The notes below the pieces were generated by a model. The model was not told the origin of the DNA. It searched no databases and was given only the letters and a program-made list of their open reading frames with translations. The translations under genes and the position numbers were made by a program. Below are positions 21,268 through 34,777 of a stretch of 64,000 nucleotides of DNA, one piece after another. How positions within the stretch are numbered: position 1 is the first letter of the stretch; every line of letters starts with the position of its first letter. This stretch comes from Styela clava (Eukaryota), in assembly GCF_964204865.1 (NCBI RefSeq), contig NC_135251.1, forward strand, positions 15,996,001 to 16,060,000. Direction: 5' to 3'.

Positions 21268-24200
21268 TTTCCATTTCGTGAGTATTATAGGCAGTAGCAA
21301 CAGTAATGATATGATTACTATATATGATCCATGGTGTTTATATATATATCTTGAATCTTCCAATTACTCGATTTTGTCTGACCCATGTCAGTTGGTGTTT
21401 CCGATTCAATAATCTTTAGATCATCTTTATATCAAACAAGATTAATAATGCGGAACTCGAAGAACAAACGGCCTTGCATAGATGTATAAATCACTATTTT
21501 TGTGTAATGTTTAATATCTTCACTCAGCACAAGACTCGGAACTTGTACTTCCGCCAGAGCAATAAATAGCTCAATGGAACAAACACCCCATGGAGTGCAG
21601 TGTGTCGTCGCGGTTGACATTACAGTTGGTTTCCAGGGCATACATGATTTTCACACATCGGTCTTCCATGCCACCCCTATATTAATTTTTTGACCGTGTA
21701 CTACAGACAATAATTCAAATGAAATTTACTGAAGCTAGTGAAAAATCACAGTAATTATTTGACTAATTAATTAAGGATCATTTGTTGGAGTGCTACAGTT
21801 TGCAACATTCCAAGATGATATTTCCATAAACTTGAAATATAATGGCAATAAAGTTTACGCACCAGTAACTTTGCAAATCAAGCATAGTATGGTTTCATGA
21901 ATTATAATTTGTTTCGGACATAAAAACAATTGTGAAAAGTACTAACGATTGTCAGTGACTCAGCATTAAATATCTCTCTTCCATTTTTATTTTTTTTTTA
22001 TACGATGTTTACAACTCGAGGTTCTCAATAGAAGTCATCTATGTGTAATATGCTACTATTTCTGGAAGAACTGAAATCTTTTTCGTTCGGCATTGTCCAC
22101 TCAATTAATTACGCTCTGTGTGAAATGGCAGAAATGTGTTTTGAACCCTTAATTTTTAGCATGCAAAGAAACAACTCTCGCGAAAAAAACAGTGGAAAAA
22201 GATGAATAAAATATTGAGAAATACAAACAGTACATGTAAGAAATGATAAGTGTATGGGCAATGAAATTTGTAAGAAATATTTTGACTTTGAGGTGTATCA
22301 GCTCGTGATCGGTTCATTCTTCAATACTTGCAAATTAGATACATATCAATTATAGTTCACAAAAACTGTATTATTGACTTTTCTCCCGTGTTTGTATTCT
22401 GATTAATCGTTTTCAATCTAGCACTCCTGAAGCTGCAAATCAATATTTCAATTTGACTTCCTTAACGACAAAAACCTAACAAAAATAAACGCTTGTATTT
22501 GCTTTGAAAGTTGGGTTTATTTTAAGTGGCTACCTGCTAACTACGTTTATCATCAATTAATTTACTTGGGATAACAATCTTTCAATAAATTATGAGACAC
22601 CCCAAGCGTGTTGAGCTGTGTTTAAGTAGTTATTGAGAGTAATGGGCGAAAATGATTATAAATATTATATTATAAATTAAGAAATGAACTCAAAAATTAA
22701 CAATAGCAGTTGCATATTTGACGTATTTAAGAAGAGATAATGCAGCATGAGAGGTTAACATGCGATGTAAATGTTATAAAACATTTCATGTAATAGACTA
22801 TTTAGACATAGAATTTACACTGAATTGGAATTAATTTATAAAGTTGTTTTAACATGGGAAATACGGCGATGAATATCTTTATCAGATATTCAAGATATTA
22901 AGTCTTTTTAGTTCCAGAGAATTCTTGATGTTCATATAGATATCTTGAATCTTTCAATGACTTGCCAATGCAGCCTGATTTTGGTATTATGCTGTTTCCA
23001 ATTTAATAATCCCTAAATCTCATTAGTAATAAAGTGGAACCGCAGGGGCTCGGTACTGGCGTAGGTCTGCTGAATCCATTTGTTAGATTAATATATAGTA
23101 TAATACTTTCGCTTAACACACGAGTAGGATTTTGTATTTCCGCCAAGGTAATGAATAAAGCGCGATGGAACAAACACCCTGTGGAGTGTGGTTTGTTATA
23201 TCGGATGAGTATAGGGTTTGCTGTTGCATCCAGTTGCATTCCGTGCTTTTCGCACGTCGGTCATCTCTACTGCCCATATTGTAGTCTCAACCGTATATTT
23301 AAAACAAAAAGCTTAAAACAGTTTTAAAAATACCGATAATCTATCGATGTCTCATAGCCTTTATGATGATTGTAAACGTATTGTATTTTGGATTATTCTT
23401 AACAGTACCCCTATCGTATATCATGCAAGATGACATTGGGCCAAAGACACGCAGTTCTTTTAACGTGCTTTATGTGTACACATTTGATATCCTAATATCA
23501 CGATTTTATTCATTTGTTTGATATTGTTCTCGGTCACTAGTAAATTTTTTTATAATTTTCAAATGCAGTATTTATTTTGACATTGTATGCGCTTGCATTT
23601 TGTTTATTTGTAGTGTGAAACGATTTTCTCATTTGGTCTAGCGCGCTAACCCAGCATTTCTTGATAATACTTAAGTTTGTCTCACCGTTATCAAAGCAAT
23701 TCTATTATCAGTTAATGCAAACAGCATATGTAACAAACAAAAAAACGAGTTGATCTAGCAAGCAAACTTTTATCACCCAGTGATAACGATAGGTCTTTAT
23801 ACTTTCGTACTCTCATCTTTGCCTTATTATTTGTGTTTCGCTGCATAATAATAAATTATTAGTTGAAATCATAAAACATCTACATCGCATGTTAACCTCT
23901 CATGCTGCATTATCTCTTCTTAAATACGTCAAATATGCAACTGCTATTGTTAATTTTTGAGTTCATTTCTTAATTTATAATATAATATTTATAATCATTT
24001 TTGCCCATTACTCTCAATAACTACTTAAAACACAGCTCAACACGCTTGGGGTGTCTCATAATTTGTTGAAAGATTGTTATCCCAAGTGAATTAATTGATG
24101 ATAAACGTAGTTAGCATCTAGTCACTTAAAATAAACCCAAGTTTCAAAGCAAATACAAGCGTTTATTTTTGTTAGGTTTTTGTCGTTAAGGAAGTCAAAT

Positions 24201-25390
24201 TGGAATATTGATTTGCAGCTTTAGGAGTGCTAGATTGAAAACGATTAATCAGAATACAAACACGGCAGAAAAGTCAATAATACAGTTTTTGTGAACTATA
24301 ATTGATATGTATCGATTTGCAAGTATTGAAGAATGAACCGATCACGAGCTGATATACCTCAAAGTCAAAATATTTCTTACAAATTTCATTGCCCATACAC
24401 TTATCATTTCTTACATGTACTGTTTGTATTTCTCAATATTTTATTCATCTTTTTCCACTGTTTTTTTTTCGCGAGAGTTGTTTCTTTGCATCCTAAAAAT
24501 TAAGGGTTCAAAACACATTTCTGCCATTTCACGCAGAACGCAATTATTTGAGTGGACAATGCCGAACGAAAAAGATTTCAGTTCTTCCAGAAATAGTAGC
24601 ATATTACACATAGATGACTTCTATTGAGAACCTTGAGTTGTAAACATCGTATAAAAAAAAATAAAAATGGAAGAGAGATATTTAATGCTGAGTCACTGAC
24701 AATCGTTAGTACTTTTCACAATTGTTTTTATGTCCGAAACAAATTATAATTCATGAAACCATACTATGCTTGATTTGCAAAGTTACTGGTGCGTAAACTT
24801 TATTGCCATTATATTTCAAGTTTATGGAAATATCATCTTGGAATGTTGCAAACTGTAGCACTCTAACAAATGATCAATAATTAATTAGTCAAATAATTAC
24901 TGTGATTTTTCACTAGCTTCAGTAAATTTCATTTAAATTATTGTCTGTAAGACACGGTCATAAAATTAATATAGGGGTGGCATGGAAGACCGATGTGTGA
25001 AAATCATGTATGCCCTGGAAACCAACTGTAATGTCAACCGCGACGACACACTGCACTCCATGGGGTGTTTGTTCCATTGAGCTATTTATTGCTCTGGCGG
25101 AAGTACAAGTTCCGAGTCTTGTGCTGAGTGAAGATATTAAACATTACACAAACAAATAGTGATTTATACATCTATGAAAGGCCGTTTGTTCTTCGAGTTC
25201 CGCATTATTAATCTTGTTTGATATAAAGATGATCTAAAGATTATTGAATCGGAAACACTAACTGACATGGGTCAGACAAAATCGACGAGTAATTGGAAGA
25301 TTCAAGATATATATATATAAACACCATGGATCATATATAGTAATCATATCATTACTGTTGCTACTGCCTATAATACTCACGAAATGGAAA

Positions 25391-26233
25391 ATGAACAATT
25401 TGTGGAATTGTGAAACCAGTCTTGCATTTTTGTCAGGAGGAACTACAATGTCTCTTAAAAGAAAATTTGAGCATGAGGAACAAACAAGTTACAGAAAACC
25501 GAAAAAGACAAAAAAGGCTGCAAAAGAAAGCGAATAAGCGTTTTTAATCAAGCACTCGAAATGCTGTAGAATATTATTTCAGTTCGACTTCCAAAAAGAC
25601 AAAAACTACACAAGAAACAAACGCTTGAATTATCCAAAATATATCCAATTTCTACATGAATGCAAAGAAGGTACAAAAGATTTTGACGATCGATATAGGT
25701 TAATGTATAGTGCAGGTGCAGAAGAAGAGGATTTTATAAATGCTATTGATGCTGCAGCTTGTCGTCCATTGTTTGACACCTTTGTCACGCCTGATTTTGA
25801 TGGCTTGCGCGATTCTACGGAAATTTCTACCAATGTCCTAAATCAGAACTTTAAATCAAACTGTAATTCAGAACCAACGATTGAATCTTCTTATTTTTTC
25901 TTCACCGACTTTAACTACAAAGTATTTGATGACTTATGTGAACTAGAAGTTGAAGACACAGAGCAATCGTTCAATGACGCAATGGATGTTAATTCAGAGC
26001 ATTGCGCCCACGGCAAAGAAAGTTCATTTTCATTTTCCTTCAATCAGGAAAACGTTCATCTTCCATTTCATCATGTTGATTTTATCGACAAAATATTGGA
26101 TGAATCTTCAGATGCGTCTGACCAAATAACTTTTATCCAACAAACTCCAGCGAAAGAGCTGAATCCAAACGATTCAGCGTATGGATCTGAATGTAGTTCA
26201 ATAATTCCATCTCCTTTTTGTTCCAAATTGTAA
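25391..26233 (+). pseudogene. bHLH transcription factor pseudogene (copy B)
   Basis: ATG 25391, frameshift after AAKE, TAG at 25567-25569; the C-terminal part is open to CSKL*. Confidence 0.88.
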
Positions 26234-28182
26234 AAATCGTCTTTTATGTTGTTTTTTCGTTATTTTATTTGAAATATTTTATCGTATAATAAATAAATCC
26301 TCAAGAATGTTTAATTTTTTTTACCTCTGACCTTTAGTCAAGTAGTTTACTATATTTTATCTGAGGTAAGAGAAGGAATAGCCATATAAGGGGAATATTA
26401 TATGATCTTGCAAAGGTCATTGACAAACCTGTCTTGACGACCTTTTCTATTAACATTATGAGTGACAGATATTATTATACGTATCAACACAATGTCAATG
26501 TGGCTTTGAAGGTATATATTGACACGGCGTTATTAGTTTCGAATATTTATTATTAAATGTGTCTGTTATAGAAACTAATCAAAGACAGAATAACAGTTTC
26601 ATTCGTATTAATTAATAAAACAAGTTTAAATTAAAACAAACTTATATAACTGAATAGATTTGAGCATATACGAAACCAGGAGTTTTAAAACGTGTGCCAA
26701 TGGATTAACCCATATACATCCACTAATTAAATAAACAGTCGTCTTTGGCTATAGTTGCCAAGTTGAGAAATGCTACGCGACCCTATCGTTATAAAACATT
26801 TCATGTAACAGATTATTTAAACTCTGAGAATTTACACTGAATTGAAATTTATAAAGTTGTTTTAACATAGGAAATATGTCAATGAATATCTTCATCGGAC
26901 ATTCGGGATATTTAGTATCATTTGTTCCAGAGAATGCTCGATGTTTATATAGATATCTTGAATCTTCCGATTACTTGCCAATGTAGACTGATCTGTATCA
27001 GTGTTGTGGTGTTTCCGATATATTTGTCTCAAGAATCTAGATTCTAGATCATCTTTATTGTAACCATTAGTATAATAAATCGTAACTACTCTGAATCTAA
27101 GACGGTACCCCCATAGGTGTGCTGAATCTGTTTGTTTGGTTAATTTATAATACCTTCGCTCAACAAAAGAGTAGGAATTTTTATTTCCACCAGAGTATTA
27201 AATAGAGCTCGATGGAACAAACACCCAGTGGAGTGTTTGTTATTTCGGTTGAGATTAGAGTTAACTTCTAGTGGCTGCGTATTTCGAATATCAACATAAC
27301 ATCGTAGCGGCGTGGTGACCAAGCCAAGACACGCAATTCTTTTAACGGGTTTTAAATGTGTAAATTTGATCTCTCAATATCACTTTTTCATTCATCAGTT
27401 TAAAATTGTGCTTGATCACTGAAATTTTATTTATTTTGTAATGCAGATTCATTTTGACTTTGTATGTGCTTGAATTTGTTTATTTTTAAAGTGTGAAACA
27501 ATTTCCTTTGCTCTAGCGTGTTTACCCAGCATTGCTTGATAATATATATTGAAGTTTGTTCTGCCGTTATCAATGCAACAATTGCTTCTATTATTATTTA
27601 ATGCAAACAACATATGTAACGAAATAACAAGTTTATTCCAGCAAGCAAACTTTTAGCACCTTGTTCTAACGATACGTTTTGATATGTTCGTACACTCTTT
27701 CTTGACATATGATTTATGTGCTGCTGCATGATAACTAATTACCTATGGATATTTCGTTAAAAAATATTGATTTACATTATAAAAAATCTAAATCGCATGT
27801 AATCTCTTGTGTGGGTTGCATTACCTCTTCTTAAATACTTTGAGTGTGCAAATACTATTGTTAATTTTTGCGTTCATCTCCTAATTCATAGTTAATCATT
27901 TTGCGCATTGATCTCAATTACTTCTCAAAAACAGCTTTTGGAGTCTCTCATAATTTATTAAACGATTGTTATCCCAAGTTAAGTAATTGATAATAAAGCG
28001 TAATTAGCTAGTAGTCACTCAAAATGAACCCAATTTTCAAAGAAAATAAAAGCGTCTATTTTTTGTTAAGTTTTTGTCGGTATGAAATGTTGCTTTGCAG
28101 CGTTAAGAGTGCTTGATTAAAAACGTTTTATTCGAATACATAAAACATATATTTTTGTCTCGGTAAAAAATTAAATTGATAT

Positions 28183-28254
28183 GTATCTAGCTTGTCAGTA
28201 TTAAAACATAAACTTTTAATCCAGCGGTCAATGGTTCAAGTCTCTTATCAGACC
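28183..28254 (+). pseudogene. Degenerate tRNA-Lys(TTT) relic (palindrome mirror of 18352-18420)
   Basis: Same alignment to the tRNA-Lys 3' half. Confidence 0.7.
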
Positions 28255-28979
28255 AGACACTTTCGTTACTTATCTGAAACATACGATTTGATCAACACGA
28301 ACACATTCTGTTTGGATTTTTCAATATTTCATTCGTCTTTCCACTTTTTTCCAAGAGTTTTTTTCACCCTAGTATAGGGGTTCTCAACCTTTTTTTCTGT
28401 CAAGTACTTCTGTCAAGGGAGGATGGTCGCGCATTGGTACCCATACTGAAGGGAGCACTGAATTTGCAGAAAAATCGGTGAGCCGGTCGAGCAATGCGAA
28501 GCATAAAGTGCTCTCCGTTAATTTGTATTTTGAAAAATACTATTTAACATTTGTTAATAACAATAACAAACAGTCCGATATCGTCTCGATAAAGTCGGTG
28601 CTCACTGCTGAATTGACGTATTAGTAGTACCGATATTAACAATTTGAACATTGGAGAGTTGGAACCTGGCGTGCAAGTTTGATTTGAAGTTGAGAGACGG
28701 GTAAACTGTGAGTCACTGATAATTGTTGGTATGTCTACAACAAATTATAATTTATGAAATAATGCTGTGCTCGGCTTTCAATATTATTGGTGCATGAAAT
28801 TTATTGCAATCATATTTCAATTTTATGATAATCTCATCCTGGAATGTTGCAAACTGTAGCACACTACGAAGAGATTATTTATTAATTCGTCATTTCATTA
28901 TTTACTGTTATTGTTAACTACCTGTAATTAATTTCATTTAAACTATTGTCTGTAGTATACGGGTTTAAAATCAATAGAG

Positions 28980-29400
28980 GGATGGCATGAAAAGCCGACG
29001 TGTGTAACTCACGTATGCCCTGGAAAGTGAAAATCGGCTATAATGTATCCGCGACAAAACATTGCACTCCATGGGGTGTTTGTTCCATTGGGCTATTTTT
29101 TGTTCTGGCGGAAATACAAATTCCAACTCTTATTCTGAACAAAGATAATATACATTAACCAAACAAATAGATCTTTCTACACATATGCAAGACGGTCTGT
29201 TTTTCGAGTTCCGCATTATTACTCTTGTTTGCAATAAAGATGATCTGGAGATTATGGAATCGGAAACACCAACCGTCACGCGCTAGACTACATCGACGAG
29301 TAATTGGAAGATTCAAGATATATATGTGTAAAAACATCACGGATGATAGTCATAATACCTTTACTGTTGCAAACTGCTTCTATTACTCTCGAAACAGAAA
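28980..29400 (+). promoter_or_regulatory. Conserved upstream module of the bHLH copies
   Basis: Blocks ccgaYgtgtg(a)aa, ggggtgtttgttcc, aaacaaata, gagtaattggaagattcaagatatatat recur, in full or in part, upstream of the copies and in ORF-less relics. Confidence 0.55.
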
Positions 29401-30249
29401 ATGAACTATTTTCGGAAGTGTGAACCCCGTCTTGCATTTTTATCAGGAGGAAGTACAAGGTCTCCTAAAAGAAGGTTTGAACATGAGGACCAAACAAGTT
29501 ACGGCAAACCGAAAAAGACAAAAACGGCTGCTAAAGAAAGATCGCGATTAAGCATTTTCAATCAAGCACTCGAAACGCTGCAGAATATTATTCCAGTTCG
29601 ACTTCCAAAAGGACGAAGACTTCACAAGAAACAAACGCTTGAATTTGCTTTGAAATATATACAATTTCTACATGAATGCAAAGAAGGTACAAAAGATTTT
29701 GACGATCGGTATAGGTTCATGTATAGTTCAGGTTCAGAAGAAGAAGATTTCATAAATGCTATTGATGCTGCAGCTTGTCGCCCATTGTTTGACACCTTTG
29801 AACAAACTGATTTTGATGGTTTGTGCAATTCCAAGGAAGTTTCTGCCAAAACCACAAATCAGAACTTTAAATCAAACTGTAATTCAGAAGAAGCGATTGA
29901 TAGCTCTGATTTTCTTTTCACCGACTCCAACTGCAAAGTATTTGGTGGTCTATGTGAACTAGAAGATGTGGACACAGACCGATTGTTTAATGATGCAATG
30001 GATGTGATTTCAGAAAATCGCGGTCTAGACGCAGAAATTTCATTTTTAATTTCCTTCAATCAAGGAAACGATGATCTTCCAATTCTTCATGTTGATTTTG
30101 TTGACGAAATATTGAATGAATCTTCAGTTGCGTCTGATCAAATATCTTCAATCCAACTAACTCCAACGAAAGAGCAGAATCCAAACGATTCAGCGTATGG
30201 ATCTGAATGTAGTTCGGTATTTTCCCCTCCTTTTTGTTCCAAATTGTAA
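29401..30249 (+). CDS. Intronless group A-like bHLH transcription factor (copy C), Mesp/Figla-like domain
   Basis: 282 aa; AAKERSRLSIFNQALETLQNIIPVRLPKGRRLHKKQTLEFALKYIQFL fits the bHLH consensus; TATA-like box ~85 bp upstream, AATAAA downstream. Confidence 0.9.
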   Translation: MNYFRKCEPRLAFLSGGSTRSPKRRFEHEDQTSYGKPKKTKTAAKERSRLSIFNQALETLQNIIPVRLPKGRRLHKKQTLEFALKYIQFLHECKEGTKDFDDRYRFMYSSGSEEEDFINAIDAAACRPLFDTFEQTDFDGLCNSKEVSAKTTNQNFKSNCNSEEAIDSSDFLFTDSNCKVFGGLCELEDVDTDRLFNDAMDVISENRGLDAEISFLISFNQGNDDLPILHVDFVDEILNESSVASDQISSIQLTPTKEQNPNDSAYGSECSSVFSPPFCSKL

Positions 30250-32090
30250 AAAAAAATTATTTTATTTTTATTTTATTTGAAATCTTTTATAGTATAATAA
30301 ATGAATCCTCAAGAATGATTAAGAAATTTTTTACTTCGGACTTTTAGTCGAGTCGTTTACTTTATTTCATTTGATGTTAGTGAAGGAATAGTCAGATTAG
30401 GAGAATATTTGATCTTGCAGAGGTCTTTGACAAATCTGTCGTTGCGACCGTTTTTTACCGAGTGACTGACAGTAATTATTATACGAAGTGATGTAAAGGT
30501 AGCTTTGAAGTCATATATTCACATGGCGTTGTTAGTTTCGAATAAGACTATGGAGATATTTTGAAGATCCTGATTCATCATTAAATAAATCTTTCATAGA
30601 AAGTAATAAAAGACAGACTAGTAGTTTCAGTTGTATTGTTATCGTAGTTAAATAGTGCACATGTTTAAAATGTAGCATGTATAAAAATGAATGTATAAGT
30701 TATCAATAACTGTACACTAATCCGGCCTACCACGCTGCCTGGGCATACGAAACATACGGTACGAAATTCTCTAAATCTAAATAGTCTATTACATGAAATG
30801 TTTTATAACGATAGGGTTTATATCTTCATACCTATGTAAGTTCTGTTATCATTCTGATTCCGTTTGTTATTCTCATGACATCAATATGCATGACTATGGA
30901 ATATCAAACTGCCTTGATATTTTGGTGAAAAACAGAGCACGCTCTCTCAGATATAGTTTGACTTGATAGAATTTAAACTGGGTTGGAATTTCGTAAAATA
31001 ATTTAACACAGAAAGGTATCATTGATTATCTTTATCGCAGATTTTCAGGATATTTAGTTTCATTTGTTCCGGAGACTAGAATAAAAATTACAATTATCCA
31101 ATAATGCCCGCGGTTTCAGAGCATAGAATTTTTGTCCCCACGTATATAAGCATATTCTTAAAATACTATTTCTGAAAATATAATTAATATTGCATCATAA
31201 AACATATTAATAATAAAATAACATACACGTTTTAACAATGTCAGGGAAAGTCCACCTTGAAATTTTTACAGTAATTACTCCATCAAATTCAATTTGCCCT
31301 ATACTTCGAAATCGAAATTGTTTTACATTAGATTTATAACGAGACAACGGCTCGCGTAGTATCCTGCAGACGCAACTTGGCAACAAGCCTAAGCCTAAGA
31401 AGTACTTTTAGTTTCGCCAAATCAAACTGGATTGGTTGAAGTAGAGTATAACGGCTAATAAATTTTAAATGTCGTATGGCGTTTAATTTTGAAAAGTGAT
31501 TGGTTAGGGGTTTTAACAAAAAAGACTGGCAAATCATAAAAGAAAAAAGTAGCTCGACAATTTTTAATTAATTAGCTCGTACCGTATGTTTCGAATGCCC
31601 CGGCAGCGCGGTAGGGCGGATTAGTGTATAGTTATTGATAACTTTCATTTTTATACATGCTACATTTTTAGCATGTGCATAATTTTAACTACGATAATAA
31701 TACAACTGAAACTACTAGTCTGTATTTTATTACTTTCTATTAAAGACTTATTTAATGGTATATAAGGATCTTCAAAATATCATCATAGTCTTATTCGAAA
31801 CTAACAACGCCATGTGAATATTTACCTTCCACGCTACATTTACATCACTTTCGTATAATATTTATTCTCAGTCACTCTGTAGCAAATGGTTGCAAAGACA
31901 AATTTGTCAAAGATCAAATATTCTTCTATTCTGACTATTCCTTCACTAACATCAAATGACATAAAGTAAACGACTCGACTAAAAGTCCGGAGTAAAAAAT
32001 TTCTTAAACATTCTCGAGGATTCATTCATCATACAATAAAAGATTTCAAATTAATTAATTAACAAACAAAAAAACATAAAAGTCGAAATT

Positions 32091-32896
32091 TTACAATTTG
32101 GAACAAAACGGAGGTGAAAATATGCTCTTTCGTTGGTGTTAGTTGGATGGGAGATATTTGTTCATACGCAACTGAGGAAGATTCATCCAATATTCCGTCA
32201 ACAAAATCAACATGAAGAATTAGAAGATCATCGTTTCTTTGATTGAAGAAAAGTAAAAATGAACCTTCTGCGTCTAGACCGCGATGTTCTGAAATCATAT
32301 CCATTGCATTATTGAACAATCGGTCAGCGTCCATAACTTCTAGTTCACAAAGGTCATCAAATACTTTGCAGTTGGAGTCGGTGAAAATTAGAAGTATCAA
32401 TCGCTTCTTCTGAATTATAGTTTAGTTTAACGTTCTGGTTTGTGGCTTTGTCAGAAATTTTTGTGGAATTGCACAAGCCATCAAAATCAGTTGAGGCAAA
32501 GGTGTCAAACAATGAACGACAAGCTGCAGCACCAATAGCATTTATGAAATCCTCTTCTTCCGAATCTGAACAATACACGAATCTATAACGATCATCAAAA
32601 TCTTTTTTACCTTCTTTACATTCATGAAAAAATTGAATATATTTCAAAACAAATTCAAGCGTTTGTTACTCGTGAAGTTTTCGTCCTTTTGGAAGTCGAA
32701 CTGGAATATTATTCTGCAGCGTTTCGAGTGCTTGATTGAAAACGCCTAAGCGCAATTTTTCCTTTGTCGCAGTTTTAGTCTTTTTTGATTTTCTGAAACT
32801 TGTTTGGTCATCATGTTCAAACTTTCTTTTGAGAGACCTTGTACTTCCTTCTGGCAAAAATGCAAGACTGGATTCACAATTCAGCAAATTGTTCAT
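32091..32896 (-). pseudogene. bHLH pseudogene (copy D)
   Basis: TAA at 32666-32668 near the loop/helix 2 boundary, frameshift ~32385, deletion removing DSAYGSEC. Confidence 0.88.
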
Positions 32897-33937
32897 TTTT
32901 TTTCTTTTTGAGAGTATTATAAGCAGTTTGCAACAGTAATGATATGATTACTATGATCCATGGTGTTTATATTTATATCTCAAATCTTCCAATTACTCGT
33001 CACTGTAGTCTGACCCGTGCCAGTTGGTGTTTCCGATTCAAAAATGTTTAAATCATCTTTATTGCAAACGAAAGTAATAATGCGATACTCGAGAAACAGA
33101 CGTCTTGCATAGGTGTAGAAAGATCTATTTGTTTAATTAATGGTTAATACATAAACTGATAGAAAGCAATCGTACCATTGATAACGGCAGAATGAACTTC
33201 CATATTATAAAGCAATGCCGGGTAAACACGATACAATAAATAAAGAATCGTTTCACACTCTAATAAAAATAAACAACTTTTAGCACCTACGATGTCAAAA
33301 TAAATCTGCTTTAAAACATTTTGTGAAAATATTTTAGTGATAAAGCACAATAGTAAACTGAGGAGTAAACACGTGATATGAAAAGAGAAATCTTGCACAC
33401 CTCAAAACAAGTTATTGTTGCATGATGTCATCTCACATGTTGCGATGTTTTAACTTATGAGTGGTATGCCTAAGCATATTACAAATTAGAATTTGCTTAC
33501 GATCATTACAAAAAATAAGAGACTTCGACACTAGGCTAGTAAAGAAGCTCCATAAAAGGCTGATGCCACGAATAAAACTAGAAGCCAACCATTTTCTCAT
33601 AAGCGATAACAAACCCATCCAGCATTTTCTTATTCGAGCGGAAGTACAAATTCCGAATCTTATGCTGAATGAAAATATTATACGTTATCCAAACAGACAG
33701 ACCTCACTACACATATACAAGCACCGTCTGATATTCAGAATTCTTCGAGTTCCGCGTTATTACTCTTGTTTACAATAAAGATAATCTATGGATTATTGAA
33801 TCGGAAATGCCCACTGACACGGGTCAGACTAAAATCGACAGTAATTAGGAGATTCAAGTTCTATAAAAGAAATAGGAATGTTGATTATCATATCATTGCT
33901 GTTGCAAACTTGCTCATAGTACCCCCGAAAAAGTACA

Positions 33938-34777
33938 ATGAACGAGTTGCGACATTGTGAATCAGATATTGCATTTTCAATGAAGAAAAGTACGTGCACT
34001 CTTAAAAGAAAGTTTAATTATGAAAATCAATTTCTATCAAGTTACAGGAAACCGAAAAAGCCCAAAACAGCTGCTAAAGAAAAAACGCGATTGAGCGTTT
34101 TCAACCAAGCGCTTGAAACACTGCAAAATATTATTCCAGTACGACTTCCGAAAGGACGTAAACTTCAAAAGAAACAGACCCTCGAATTCGCTGTGAAGTA
34201 CATCCAATTTCTTCACGAATGCAAAGAAGGTAAAGAAGATTTTGACGATCGTTATAGGTTTATGTATAGTTCAGGATCGGAAGAGGAAGATTTCATATGT
34301 GCTATTGATGCTGCAGCTTCTCGTCCCTTGTTGAAAGATTTTAACGAACCTGATGCTGATAGTATATGTGCCAAAGATACAAATCTAAATTTAAAATCAA
34401 ACCAGAGTTCCGACGAGGTGATCAATATTTCTCCTTGCCTCTTAACCGACACCGACTACAAAGCATTTGATGACTTGTGTCAAAAAGAAAATTTGGACAC
34501 AGAGCAGTTGTTCAATGATGCAATGGATGTTGTTATAGAACGACATCACAATCCTGACGAACAAAGTTCATTTCATTCTTTCTTCAATCAAAAGAACGTT
34601 GATCTTCCAATTCTGCATGTTAATTTTGTTGATGAAGTGTTAAATCAATCTATGGTTGCCTCCAATGAATTACCATCTTTTCAACAAACTCCAACGAAAG
34701 AGCGATATCTAAACGATTCAGCGTATGGATCTGAATGTAGTTTTGTATTTTCATCTCCTTCTTGTCTCTTGTTGTAA
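33938..34777 (+). CDS. Intronless bHLH transcription factor (copy E), divergent subtype ending CLLL
   Basis: 279-aa intact ORF with the same bHLH. Confidence 0.9.
   Translation: MNELRHCESDIAFSMKKSTCTLKRKFNYENQFLSSYRKPKKPKTAAKEKTRLSVFNQALETLQNIIPVRLPKGRKLQKKQTLEFAVKYIQFLHECKEGKEDFDDRYRFMYSSGSEEEDFICAIDAAASRPLLKDFNEPDADSICAKDTNLNLKSNQSSDEVINISPCLLTDTDYKAFDDLCQKENLDTEQLFNDAMDVVIERHHNPDEQSSFHSFFNQKNVDLPILHVNFVDEVLNQSMVASNELPSFQQTPTKERYLNDSAYGSECSFVFSSPSCLLL

Larger units (their letters stand above)
18199..28408. repeat. ~10-kb palindrome: arms ~18199-22775 and ~23876-28408, ~1.1-kb spacer
   Basis: The arms read as reverse complements throughout (e.g. ORFs 18118-18414 vs 28192-28377; 20481-21032 vs 25625-26233). 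Confidence 0.93.

Noticed and set aside
29401-30249. Assigning the symbol Mesp or Figla
   Set aside because: Mixed resemblance only; needs a phylogeny.
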